In this document: piece by piece, positions 38,133 through 49,150 of the stretch
Layout: the number at the start of each line of letters is the position of its first letter
Position numbering within the stretch: position 1 is the first letter of the stretch
Source of the DNA: Octopus bimaculoides
Lineage: Eukaryota
NCBI RefSeq assembly: GCF_001194135.2
Contig: NC_068984.1
Span: forward strand, 111,419,960-111,483,959
Direction of reading: 5' to 3'
Length of the DNA: 64,000 nt
Translations under genes and position numbers: made by a program
The notes under the pieces: generated by a model
Told to the model about the DNA's origin: nothing
Seen by the model: the letters and a program-made list of their open reading frames with translations, nothing else
The model's database searches: none

Positions 38133-39174
38133 TATGCATGGATATATGAGCAGAAGATTATGCATGGATATGTTAGAAGAAAACTCAGAGAAGATAGTAA
38201 CATCGATCATCAAAGCAGTTTATCATGGACCAATAGCCGGATTATTACCTCCCATTTTGAAGGGTATGCATTTGCAATCCAGGAACAAGACATATCAACC
38301 AAGTACCTGATGCACAAAAGGGATTGAGATGCAGGAAAAGTCATAAAATGTAACAAATGATGCAAACTTTGTGGAGTTCACACTGATGATATCACACACA
38401 TCATGAGCAGCTGTCTGAAAATGTCATCACTGTATTATCTACTGATGGGACATTATGTTGTAGCTAGGACACTCTATAATAAAATCCATCAGAAGGATAA
38501 TACTGAGGACAAAGAAATAAGAAGCCATAGCCACTCATAATAAAAATAAATACTGGTGGACTGTACCAGTGAAGACCTCCATAAAATGTAAGCATAACAG
38601 ACATAATATAATGATTTGGGATGGAGAAGAGAAACTTTGCACAGTTGTGAAAATTAGCTGCCCAGGGGATGTTAACATAAAGCTGAGAATCAATGAAAAA
38701 GAGAACATCTATGCTGAACTATTGAGAAATCTGCAGTTACACTTACCAAGTTACAAGTTCAGGTTTATACCTGTAATTGTTGGAGCCCTGGGATATATGT
38801 AACACATTACCAGTGTTGAGAAATTAGGCTTCTCAAAACCAGAAAGAAGAAAGCTAATTCAAAGACTACAGATCCAATCCATCACTGGAACTGTAAAAAT
38901 CTGCAAAACTTTCCAGAAGTTTATCATTTAAATATATATGAGCATGTCTAGATATGCAACTATATACATGAGAATACATATGTAAAACATACAAATCTGC
39001 ACATACATACATACATACATATGTACGTACATACATACATACAGACATACGTACATACATACCGTTGTTGATGTTGAAATTCCAATGAAGGGGCCTTGGA
39101 TCTAGGTTAGAAACCGGTTCTTTCTCTATTGGCAAGAAATTTTGAAATAAGCAAAATAATGACATACGTTCATA
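38133..39174 (+). mobile_element. R4/Dong-clade LINE 3' portion: CCHC knuckle, restriction-like endonuclease (RLE) and 3'UTR
   Basis: FEGYAFAIQEQDISTKYL, CKLCGVHTDDITHIMSSC (CCHC), KCKHNRHNIMIWD..KLCTVVKISCP (decayed PD..E RLE), FIPVIVGALG, stop at 38929-38931, UTR ending AATAATGACATAC. Confidence 0.9.
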
Positions 39175-39339
39175 CAAGGCCATCTTAGTAACATAAGAGC
39201 CCCATGGGCAAGGCAATGAACCAGGACCTATAGTACTTATTGATCTCATGCTCCAGCATACATAAATCTGTGCTGGGCCCCTAGAACTGTAAGGCCCTCT
39301 GGCAACTGCCCAGTGTGTCCATATCTTAAGGCAGCACTG
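39175..39339. mobile_element. Possible hAT-type MITE inserted in the (CATA)n tail
   Basis: Weak TIR CAAGGCCATCTTAG / TTAAGGCAGCACTG; 8-bp flanks CGTTCATA and CATGCATA (6/8). Confidence 0.4.
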
Positions 39340-39736
39340 CATGCATACATACATACAATAATTAGAAATGTGAATCTCTGAGTACAGGAAATTACAAGCC
39401 TTTTGGTCATAATGTATCAAAGAAAACTCTACATGTATGTATTGTCTTCAGTAATTTAATATTTCTGATGATAAATTGTCAAGCAATGGAGCCACAATCA
39501 CAAAAGACCCTTTATTAAATCATTTTCCCTTCTCTTCATAGATTTGAATTATACAAGATTGCCATTATCCATCAGATGTCATAAACAAGGTTTAAGAACT
39601 TTCACCTTAAACAAGGCCTTGTTTAGATCAAATTCCCAATTATTTCTCTATTAAAAGATCATTATTTCCCATAGGAGAGAAGAGAGAGAGGCAGAGGCAG
39701 AGGGATAGCAGAATTAAGGAGGGGGTGAGAAAAACT

Positions 39737-39945
39737 GACATGGTGCTGAAAAGTTTCTGGCTTTGAATAAAAGAATATACTGAAAGATAAGTTAATTGCG
39801 GTTTTATTCAACATATTGCCCTCTCAGATTTCACACTTATTGCAGTAGTCCTTCAGTTTTTCTAAGCCTTGTAAAAGAAGTTTCGGCCCAAACCAGCCCT
39901 TTCATTATGTCCTTAAAGCCAGGAACTTTTCAACACCACCTTGTA
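39737..39945. mobile_element. Mariner-type MITE
   Basis: TIRs GGTGCTGAAAAGTTTCTGGCTTT (39742-39764) and AAAGCCAGGAACTTTTCAACACC (39915-39937), 21/23; TA at the right end. Confidence 0.8.
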
Positions 39946-40944
39946 TATTAGAATTAAAGACCACTTCGTAAAAGATGACATACATACATACATGAAGCAA
40001 AACTATTGAGTTATTTTGTAACATTTTCATTACAATCACACTGAATTAGCACAGCTCAAAAAGTCTCAAAAACCTTTCTAATAATCATCTCATTCATTTG
40101 AAAAATTAACAAACTAAATATTAATTGATATTAAATTGATTGTATTACCATAAAATTTGCACTGATTTTTTCACACACAATCTTAATTACTTTTATTGAT
40201 ACATATAACGATTGTGTTGTATGACACTGATGCATCAACTAATCATCTCTTGTCTTCATAAAATTGAAATTACTATTTTAATAGGCTGCAAGTGCTAAAT
40301 ATAATTTAGTCAGTGAACATTGATATATTTTTGTGTATTAAATTGTATTTAGTTTATTCTTTGAAGCAAATTTGTGGTTGTCCCTTCTTGCTTTATTTAT
40401 TTACTTTTTGTAAGTGGGATTTAAAAAATATGCTTGCATATTCAAAATTAATTAGTTCATTTGCTATGAGGTATGTTATGTAATTATTGATTCATAAAGG
40501 TCTATGAGAAGTGGAAAATGAAATGAAATGAAAAAATAAAATGCAATCATACAATGTGTGTATGTATACATATGTGTGAGAGAGAGTTTGTGCATGTATA
40601 TGTGCGTATGAGAGAAAGAGTGTGTACGTGTATGCAAGTGTGTATGCATATATGTGCAGCTCTTAATTATTTAATCATTTAATTATATGAAGTATGATTA
40701 CACCAGACATGCTCCAGTATTTGAAAAGCTGTTTTATCACTCAAGCACTTTGATTATTAACTTATTATGGTTGATATGGTTATCCAACATGTCAGAACCT
40801 CTATGAAAATGGTAAATGTTATTACATGGGAATAAGAACATGAAAACTGAAAACTAGGTCATTCTAGTGTATTAAAATTGTAATCTTTAACTGAAGAAAT
40901 GACACGATAGTTTAATACGATACTTCCAAACTAAAGCATCATTT

Positions 40945-41585
40945 ATCATTAAGAAGACCTGGCAAGTAAAGTGAGATCACAGCCATAGCCTTTACCAGTG
41001 TCACATAACCAGCCCATTTAAAAAGTGGCTTTGAATTGACAGGCGACATGCCGCACTTGAGAAAACCTATTGAGTCAAGTAAAATCAAAATCAAAATCAC
41101 AATCAGAATCAGAATCTCAATCAAATTGAAATCAAAATGGAAATTGTAGTTGTAGCTGATGCCAGGGCTACCTGACTAGCTCCTGTGCTGGTGGCACGCA
41201 ATAAGCACCATTCATGCATGTGTCAATGCCAGTGTTGCCTGACTGGCTCCCCATGTTGGTGAAACATAAAAATCACCGTTTGAACGTGGTCGATGCCAGC
41301 CACCCCCAGCCTCAACTGACTCCTGTGCTAGTAGCTCATATAAAACACCATCTGAATGTGACCAATGCCAGTGCCACCTGACTGGCTCCTGTGCTGGTAG
41401 CACGTAAAAAGCTCCCACTACACTCTCAGAGTGGTTGGTGTTAGGAAGGACATCCAGTTGTAGAAACCTTGCCAGTTGTAGAAACCTTGCCTGGTACAGC
41501 CTCCGGGCTTGCCACTCCCCCAGCCAAACCGTCCAACCCATGCCAGCATGGAAAACGGACATTAAACGATGATGATGATGATGAA
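40945..41585 (+). mobile_element. RTE LINE 3' end with long UTR, internal hexamer and ~70-bp repeats, (GAT)n tail
   Basis: Begins KKTWQVK* (compare EKTRQAK*), has (AAAATC)n and repeated CCTGACTGGCTCCTGTGCTGGTGGCAC units. Confidence 0.8.
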
Positions 41586-41591
41586 TATTCC

Positions 41592-41885
41592 ATTCTACTA
41601 TAGGCACAAGGCTCAAGATTCCAGGGGAGGGGATAAGTCAATTACATCGACCCCAGGGGTTGTATAATACTTATTTTATCAATCCCAAACGGACGAAAGA
41701 TAAAGTTGACCCTAGTGACATTTGACAGATGAAATGTTGCTAAGCAGTTTTCCCAGCATGGTAACGGTTTTACTAGCTCGTTGTTAATATCATCAATAAT
41801 GTTGGTTTCAAATTTTAGCACAAGGCCAGTAATTTTGAGGTAAAGGTTTAGGTTGATTACATCAACCGCAGTGTTCAACTGGGAC
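41592..41885 (-). mobile_element. Two SINE family B pieces in tandem
   Basis: GCACAAGGC tail motif at 41605 and 41818; central motif present in the first. Confidence 0.7.
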
Positions 41886-41891
41886 GTATTA

Positions 41892-42044
41892 TAGTTCTAT
41901 ATTTAAGAGATGAGGAATTATGTACATTATTTACATTTGATGGATATTTGTCCTCATCTTGTTAGTTGTTAACCCAGCGTTTTCGTTAAATGTAAATAAT
42001 GCACTTGATTCCTCATCTCTTAAATATAGAAAGGTATTTTTCGA

Positions 42045-42109
<65 letters not shown>

Positions 42110-42296
42110 TCACTACCTGGAATCGAACTCAGAATCTTGGGGTTAGTAGCCCGCACTCTTAACCACTACACCCACACGTTCGAAATTTCCCCAAGACATC
42201 CAATGAAGGCTGGAGGGTATATCAGCCGAAACATTATGTTAACAACAAACAAGATGAGGACAAATATCTGTCAAATGTAAGTAATGTAAATAATGT
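41892..42296. mobile_element. Rearranged family H locus: tRNA-like head + (AAT)n + partial tail on minus (42175 to 41892) back-to-back with hammerhead-like motif + tail on plus (42176-42296)
   Basis: Minus 42175-42105: TGTAGTGGTTAA (A box) and GTTCGATTCC (B box). Plus 42195-42240: GACAT-CCAATGA-A-GGCTG-GAGGGTATAT-CAGCC-GAAAC-ATT-ATGTT. 44-bp inverted tails at 41895-41938 and 41988-42031 (41/44). Confidence 0.75.
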
Positions 42297-42413
42297 GGTA
42301 CTTATTATATTGACCCCAAAATGATGAGAAAGTGAAGCTGACCCCAGTGACATTTGAACGCAGAACATAAAAATAGACAAAATACTGTATGTATGTATAT
42401 ATGTATGTATGTA

Positions 42414-42464
<51 letters not shown>

Positions 42465-42479
42465 TGTGTGTGTGTGTGT

Positions 42480-42645
42480 ATTCTATGGGCTTCTTACAGG
42501 TTATTGACTATCATATCCACTTACAATTCTTTGGTCAGCCTGAGGCTATAAACAAGGACCCTTGTCCCAAGTCCTACTCAGAGGGACTGAACCCAAAACC
42601 ATGTGGGTTGGGAGGCAAACTTCTTAACCATACAGGAATGCCTGG
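42480..42645 (-). mobile_element. SINE family A 5' half (decayed), preceded by a family B fragment at 42292-42385
   Basis: GGGACTGAACCCAAAACCATGTGGGTTGGGAGGCAAAC. Confidence 0.65.
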
Positions 42646-42714
42646 AAAATAAAATAAAATTAATTAAATGCAAAATCTTAGGTTTATACATGTGCACATA
42701 TGTATGTGTATGTG

Positions 42715-42753
<39 letters not shown>

Positions 42754-43437
42754 ATGTGTGTGCGTAATCAATTACTGGCTAGCATTTTGATTACTCCAGA
42801 TACTATCCTGTTTTTGAAAAGCTGTTTTATTACTCATGCCTTCTTATAATTAACTTACATGAACTTATGCTTCCTAATTATTAATTTATCAAGGTTATTA
42901 GAGTTGGCCAACCATTTCAAAGCCTCTATGAAATAGAAAGAAACAACATTTACAAGAACATACAGAAATGAAATCTCAACTTTCTCTGGTGGATTAGAAT
43001 TTTATCTTCAACCGAGAGGTTACTAGTTATTTTAACATAATATTTGCTACCAAAACCAACATTAATCTACCATTAGAAAGGGGGGGGAGGGAATCAATAA
43101 GTGAATGTAGGTGGGAGAGCAAAAATGATATGCTTTATTTTATGATGAACTTCAAATAGAGAGGAAAATTAGTCTCCATCAGGATAAGAAAAAACTTGAT
43201 GCACAAACCTGAATGTGTTTGCTACCCACTCTCTGGCTAGAATCTACTCTCACCCTGAATTTGTTTCACACTACCATTACCCTGGATACTTGATGTGGAA
43301 AAAGAAAGATCAAATTGTCTGCTCCTTGATGTGATGTCACTTCCTCCATTGCTTCCAGTCCTGATGTCTCCCTTCCTCCTTCACTTGCAGTCCTGATATG
43401 TCTTCCTTCACTCCTTTGCTGAAGATAAAATATTTAA

Positions 43438-43658
43438 CCCTTTAGCAGCATTTAAACCGACCGTATCTGGTCAAAATATTCCAGCTTTTTCTTATGTTCA
43501 AACTGGCCAGATCTGGCTTCTCATACCAGCCTTACAATATCATTCTAAAAGTCAAGAGTTACCTCATCAAAATCTCAAAACTACAAAATGATGCTTGGTT
43601 AATTCAAAACAAAGTGAATACGCATTGCATTTGACAGAATAACCTGGATGTTAAATAG
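43438..43658. mobile_element. piggyBac-type MITE (decayed)
   Basis: TTAA|CCCTTTAGCA ... GATGTTAAATAG|TTAA. Confidence 0.55.
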
Positions 43659-43863
43659 TTAATAAGCACCTCGTATGTTTTGGTTTCAAATTCACTAACA
43701 AGACGGGGCTTTTTCCCTGAAAGTTTGAGTATTAGGAGCAAGTAAGACTGTGGTCAAGAAGTTTCATTACCACACCATGTAGCTTTGGGTCCAATCCCAT
43801 CATATGGCATCTTTGACAAGTGTCTTCTACAATAACTCCAAGCTACATTTGGAATGGTATTAA

Positions 43864-44083
43864 CCCTTTTGTTACTGTATTTATTTTGAGATGCTCTGTG
43901 TTTCTTTCAATTACTTTAAATATAACAAAGAATTTAGCAAAATAACTTAGTTATTATTCAGCTAGTGTTAAGAACATAAATTGTGACTAAGGTTTGGTAG
44001 AAGATTTTAATTTAGAACTTATGAAAACAAGACATTTGTACTCAGAGCCAGAGCCGGTTTCAGCCAGGTTGGTAACGAAAGGG
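43864..44083. mobile_element. piggyBac-type MITE
   Basis: TTAA TSDs at 43860-43863 and 44084-44087; TIR CCCTTTTGTTAC / GTAACGAAAGGG. Confidence 0.85.
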
Positions 44084-44225
44084 TTAAGGGAGTCGTATAC
44101 ATTTGTATACCAATCCCTTGATACCATTCCATATACATTTGTACACCAGTTCTTCAATGGAATGAGCTAAATTCTGGTCCCTCATTAAATACAGATGACT
44201 ACCATTGACATTTGTATTTTTTTAA

Positions 44226-44355
44226 CCCTTTTGATGCCAACACACATGAGAGTGCTCCTGGTTCTATGATACAAATTTTCTGCTTTAAAGTGATTTAAAT
44301 TAGAACCTTCCAGCAAAATTTCCTGTTAATTTATGTTCCAAATCCCAGCTTAACC
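44226..44355. mobile_element. Truncated piggyBac-type MITE (left end only)
   Basis: TTAA|CCCTTTTGATGCC start; no right TIR seen. Confidence 0.4.
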
Positions 44356-44617
44356 CATAAAGCACTTGGTGCATGGAATATTGAATCAAATGTAACACAA
44401 CCTTCTTTCTAATACCCTAATAAACTCCACCAAATTTTCACCTCCCGTTAGGTAAATACAGATATAATTTAGGTTTACATCTAAAGGCAACCTATCAGAA
44501 ATTGGTTGATCAATTCTGAAAAACTGACAAAAATGCTTAAAATAAAAACAAATATTGGTATGTGTTTATCAATTTGTGTTGCAAGATTCTTGATTTGAAA
44601 TTGTGTGTTGAAACAGA

Positions 44618-45039
44618 TATTGTTGTATTTCAGGATGGTAATTTTTCTTTTTATGCCAAATAAACACAATCACTATATATTTGTTCTTCACTCGTTTATT
44701 ACTGTTCTTATTCTAACTCATGTCCATTGTCCAGAAATCTTTCATAACACATCTGTGACCTCTTCCAGGGACACTTTTCGTTTTCATGTGTGCTCTTGCT
44801 CCACTTACTCCATTCTGCTCTTCATCGAAGAGCAGAATGGAGTAAGTGGAGCAAGAGCACACATGAAAACGAAAAATGTTGCCGAAGAGGTCACAGATGT
44901 GTGACGAAAGACTTCCTGACAATGGACACAAGTTAAGATAAAAACAGTAATAAATGAGTGAAGAATAAATAGATAGTATGTGTGTTTATTTGGCAAAAAA
45001 AAAAAGAAGAAAATATGACCATCCCGAAGTACAACAATA
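44618..45039. repeat. ~420-bp palindrome with perfect 49-bp inner stem and 3-nt loop (ATC at 44824-44826)
   Basis: 44775-44823 is the exact reverse complement of 44827-44875; the outer ~160-bp arms are about 80% complementary. Confidence 0.95.
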
Positions 45040-45199
45040 GATATTAGTATATTATTTCATATGTTATCAGAAATAGCAAGCACATAAATGAGATGCTAGA
45101 AATAGCAGCTAAATCTATCTCAGTTCACAGCCTACTGTCTTAAGAAATAAAATGGTAAACAGGACATTTGCATTGATGTCTGGTTTATTCAGTCAGAAT

Positions 45200-45505
45200 T
45201 AAAGTGGCACTCCATCAGTTACAATGACAAGGGTTTCAGTTGATCCAATCAGCAGAACAGCCTGCTCATGAAATAAATATGTAAGTGGCTGAGCACTCCA
45301 CAGACACAAGTACCCTTAGCATAATTCTCAGGGAGATTCAATGTGATACAGAGTGTGACAAGGCTGGCCCTTTGAAATACAGGTACAACTCATTTTTGTC
45401 AGCTGAGTGGACTGGAGCAATGTGAAATAAAGTATTTTGCTGAAAGACATAATGTGTCACCAAGGAATTGAACTCACAACCTTACGAACATAAGCCAAAT
45501 ATCAC
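45200..45505 (-). mobile_element. tRNA-headed CORE-like SINE with E-type tail
   Basis: Same architecture as 16195-16425. Confidence 0.8.
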
Positions 45506-45597
45506 AGTGGGCTAAATAACATCATCTGAAAAGCATTAGGCTTAAACAATAGTTAAACTATACAAATTTAACTTAGGTTTCTAATACATACTGTATT

Positions 45598-45945
45598 ATC
45601 CTCATCATCATCATCATCATTGTTTAATGTCCACATTCCATGCTAGCATGGGTTGGACGATTTGACTGAGGACTGATGAACCAGATGGCTACACCAGGCT
45701 CCAATCTGATTTGGCAGAGTTTCTACGGCTGGATTCCCTTCCTAATGCCAACCACTCTGAGAGTGTAGTGGGTGCTTTTACATGCCACCTGCACGAAGGC
45801 CAGTCAGGCGGTACTGGCAACGGCCACTCTCGAAACGGTGTATTTTACGTGCCGCCTGCATGGAAGCCAGGCCAGTGGCACTGGCAATGACCTCGCTTGA
45901 ATGTCTTTTCACATGTCACCAGCACAAGTACTGGGAAGGCGATGC
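45598..45945 (-). mobile_element. RTE LINE 3'UTR copy
   Basis: (CAT)n followed by the reverse complement of the conserved tail and repeat units. Confidence 0.8.
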
Positions 45946-46231
45946 TTGTGCCTCTCCAAAAGAAAGAGAGGGACTGTATTAATTATTTATTAATTATTTA
46001 ATCACATTCACAAACATACAGAGTGCGAGTTAGTCTACAAATGTTACAGCAAAGCTTTGTTTTGTGTTTGCGTTAAATAGTGATTACTATGGATTTATTC
46101 AGTGAGCAGAAGGATGAGAAAATACTTGTTCTATGGTTAGAGGCTAATGAATCAAGAAAGCTGTCAAGACAATCTCCATTATTTTCTTATACTGGAAAAT
46201 GATGAGAAAGTGTATTTACATATGCCTAAAG

Positions 46232-46513
46232 TAGTGGCTCTCAAACTTTTGGGGGCTGCCACCTCTTTGACACCCAGGTTACATTCCTAGCACCCCCAAA
46301 CCCAACTGATCATCACAAATATATACCTCTTTCTGAAGCAAATTCAAAGCAACTGTATTTAACAAATAAAACTTAGCCTAATGAATCCATTATTTTATTG
46401 TGTTACATGAATCCCTACCCCATTATCGTCCCACTTTTCTTCAGTGCCCCCTTGGAACTTTCCACCGCCCTCAGAGGGGGGGGGGGCAATACCGCCCGCT
46501 TTGGGAACCACTG
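46232..46513. mobile_element. hAT (Charlie-like) MITE
   Basis: TIR TAGTGGCTCTCAAA / TTTGGGAACCACTG; 8-bp flanks GCCTAAAG and GTTTAAAG (6/8). Confidence 0.75.
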
Positions 46514-46819
46514 GTTTAAAGCATCACAGTTTATAGGCTTTAATATGTGTGTTTTTACTGTNNNNNNNNNNNNNNNNNNNNNNNNNNNNNNNNNNNNNNN
46601 NNNNNNNNNNNNNNNNNNNNNNNNNNNNNNNNNNNNNNNNNNNNNNNNNNNNNNNNNNNNNNNNNNNNNNNNNNNNNNNNNNNNNNNNNNNNNNNNNNNN
46701 NNNNNNNNNNNNNNNNNNNNNNNNNNNNNNNNNNNNNNNNNNNNNNNNNNNNNNNNNNNNNNNNNNNNNNNNNNNNNNNNNNNNNNNNNNNNNNNNNNNN
46801 NNNNNNNNNNNNNNNNNNN

Positions 46820-46868
<49 letters not shown>

Positions 46869-47354
46869 GGTTTTTTCATGTAAAAGAAAAAGTAATTAAC
46901 AGATTTTAAATGTTATTTGATTTGTTTATTCCAATTTAATCCATTATTTTAAGTATTAATTATTTTTTTAAAAAATATATATAAAAAACAACATGAGAAA
47001 AATTTTTTAAATCTGATTTTCAATTAAACAACAATTTCTGAAAATGCAATCAATTTTGGAATTCAAAGGAAATAGCACTGCAAGGCATCATCTGATGAAG
47101 TTCTACGGTGTTCATTAACCATTTGACCATTTTCATAAAGTGATTAGGCAAGACTCGATAGCTGCTACTGAACTTTCACCATTTTCTGGTCAGTTGTAGA
47201 AATGGTTGGCATTCAAGTACCTCTAATTGCTTATCCTGATTGCTAGGTTAATCGTATAAGTGATATTACTTCAAACAAGAATTATATTTGAATTCTTAAG
47301 AATGTTCTGTGTTGTAAGAGAAGTAGAATTCTATTAAGAACTTCTGAAAAATAA

Positions 47355-47800
47355 CGTTAGGTTCAGATATGGCTCTGCGATTAAAATTTTGCGTCCCTAT
47401 TACATGGTTTCAGGTTCAATCCCATTGTAAAGAGTCTTGGGCAAATATCGTATATGATAGCTCCAGGTCTTTTAAGTGGATTTGGTTGCCAGAAACTGAA
47501 AGAAACCCTTTGTATCTTTTCCCATGTGCCTGTATGCATGATGTGAAGGCATGTGGCTTATCAATTAGGGTATTCAGCTCATAATCATAAGGCCATGAGT
47601 TCGATTCCTGGCAAAGTGTTGTGTTTTTGAACAAGACTTTTTGCTTCACATTGCTCTAGCTGGTATAAATGAGTAGCACTTCTATTTCAAAAGGGCCAGC
47701 CTTGTCACACTCTGTGTCACACTGAATCTCCCTGAGAGCTACGTTAAGGGTACACATGCCTGAGGAGTGATCACGCAATTGCATGTTAATTTCATGAGTA
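47355..47800 (+). mobile_element. SINE family A 5' half (47355-47530) followed by a CORE-like SINE with E tail (47540-47800)
   Basis: GGTTTCAGGTTCAATCCC head; second head GAGTTCGATTCC and tail AAAGGGCCAGCCTTGTCACAC. Confidence 0.75.
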
Positions 47801-47949
47801 GTTCGTTCCAGTTATGTGTGTTTGTGTGTGTTTGTGTTTGCTTACATTGGTATTTCTCTAAAACATATTGAGCTACGAGTGGTGGGGTTGTTTTCATTTC
47901 TCCTGCCAAAAAAATCTTCAACTAGTATTATTTGTTTAGGAACCTCATT

Positions 47950-48300
47950 ACATTCATGCTAGTGCCATATGAAAAGCACTTGTGCTGATGCCACATGAAA
48001 AAGCACTTATAACAGTGCCACATAAAAAGCATTCATTGCAGTGCCATGTAGAAAAAGGTATTGTGCTGGCTCCATGTAAAATGCACTCATGCTCATGCAA
48101 TATAAAAAGCACCCATACCAGTGCCATGTAACAAGCACCCGATACACCCTGTGAAGTGGTTGGTATTAGGAAGGGCATCCAGCTTTATAAACCATGCCAA
48201 AACAGACAAATAGAGCCTGGGCAGCTCTCCAGCTGGTCAACTCCTGTGAAACTGCCCACCATGGAGAACAGGCATTAAAAGATGACAATAACAATGATGA
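47950..48300 (+). mobile_element. RTE LINE 3'UTR copy with ~30-bp internal repeats
   Basis: Repeated GTGCCA(T/C)(A/G)T(G/A)AAAAGCA units, then GTGGTTGGTATTAGGAAGGGCATCCAGC and a (GAT/GAC)n tail. Confidence 0.75.
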
Positions 48301-48884
48301 TGATGACGACGGCGACAATGACGATGACGACGACGATGACGATGATGATGATGATGATGATTACTCAACTCTTATACTGTTTGTTTCAGCTACAAAATAT
48401 AATTACTGTCACTACTCTTTATGTTAAGTCAATTGGCTCTAATATTTTCCTACATAATTTTTTGAAATTTAATGTATATACTTCTATGGTTGATGTCACA
48501 AATACACAGTCCTATATCTTATTGCTCCTATCATCTTTGTTATTATCTTATCTTCATAAAAATGTTCCTATCAAGATCATTTTCTAAATCTCCTACCATG
48601 CAGAAGCTTGCAGTCCCATTGATAATGCATCGAAACTGCAGTAGCTTAGTAGCACATATGCAAACAACACACACACACACAGACATACACACATAAAATA
48701 TAATTTTGATTCGGTTTTATGATTACATTAAATTAACAAATCTCTGTGGCATAGTCAATTTCCATTCTTAGCGAGACAGGTGCATTAAAATATACACAGT
48801 TAGACATAATTCTTATGAATAATTGTGTATATTTCAAGGCTTGTGTCTTGCTAGGAATGGGAATTGACTGTTATATTAAAGCCT

Positions 48885-49150
48885 GATGATATAAACCTTA
48901 TGACAAATGACCAAGACTTTTGGCAATTTGCTGTGCTTGAGAAGACACATCAGTCTAAGTGAAATCGTAGACATGGCCAATGACAAGGAAAAGACATCCA
49001 ATGCAGTGTTTGGCATTAGAAAGGGCATCCAACTGTAGAAATGGGGCCCAAACAGATGACTGGAGCATGGTGCTGCTCTCTGGCTTACCAGCTCTGGTCA
49101 AACCATTTAGCCCATGCCAGTTTAGAAAACAGACATTAAATAATGATGCT
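48885..49150 (+). mobile_element. RTE LINE 3' end
   Basis: MTNDQDFWQFAVLEKTHQSK* followed by the conserved tail. Confidence 0.75.

Noticed and set aside
45670-47100. Other isolated CTGATGA words (also 10084, 14772, 48884)
   Set aside because: No stem II followed by GAAA, so they are not hammerhead candidates.
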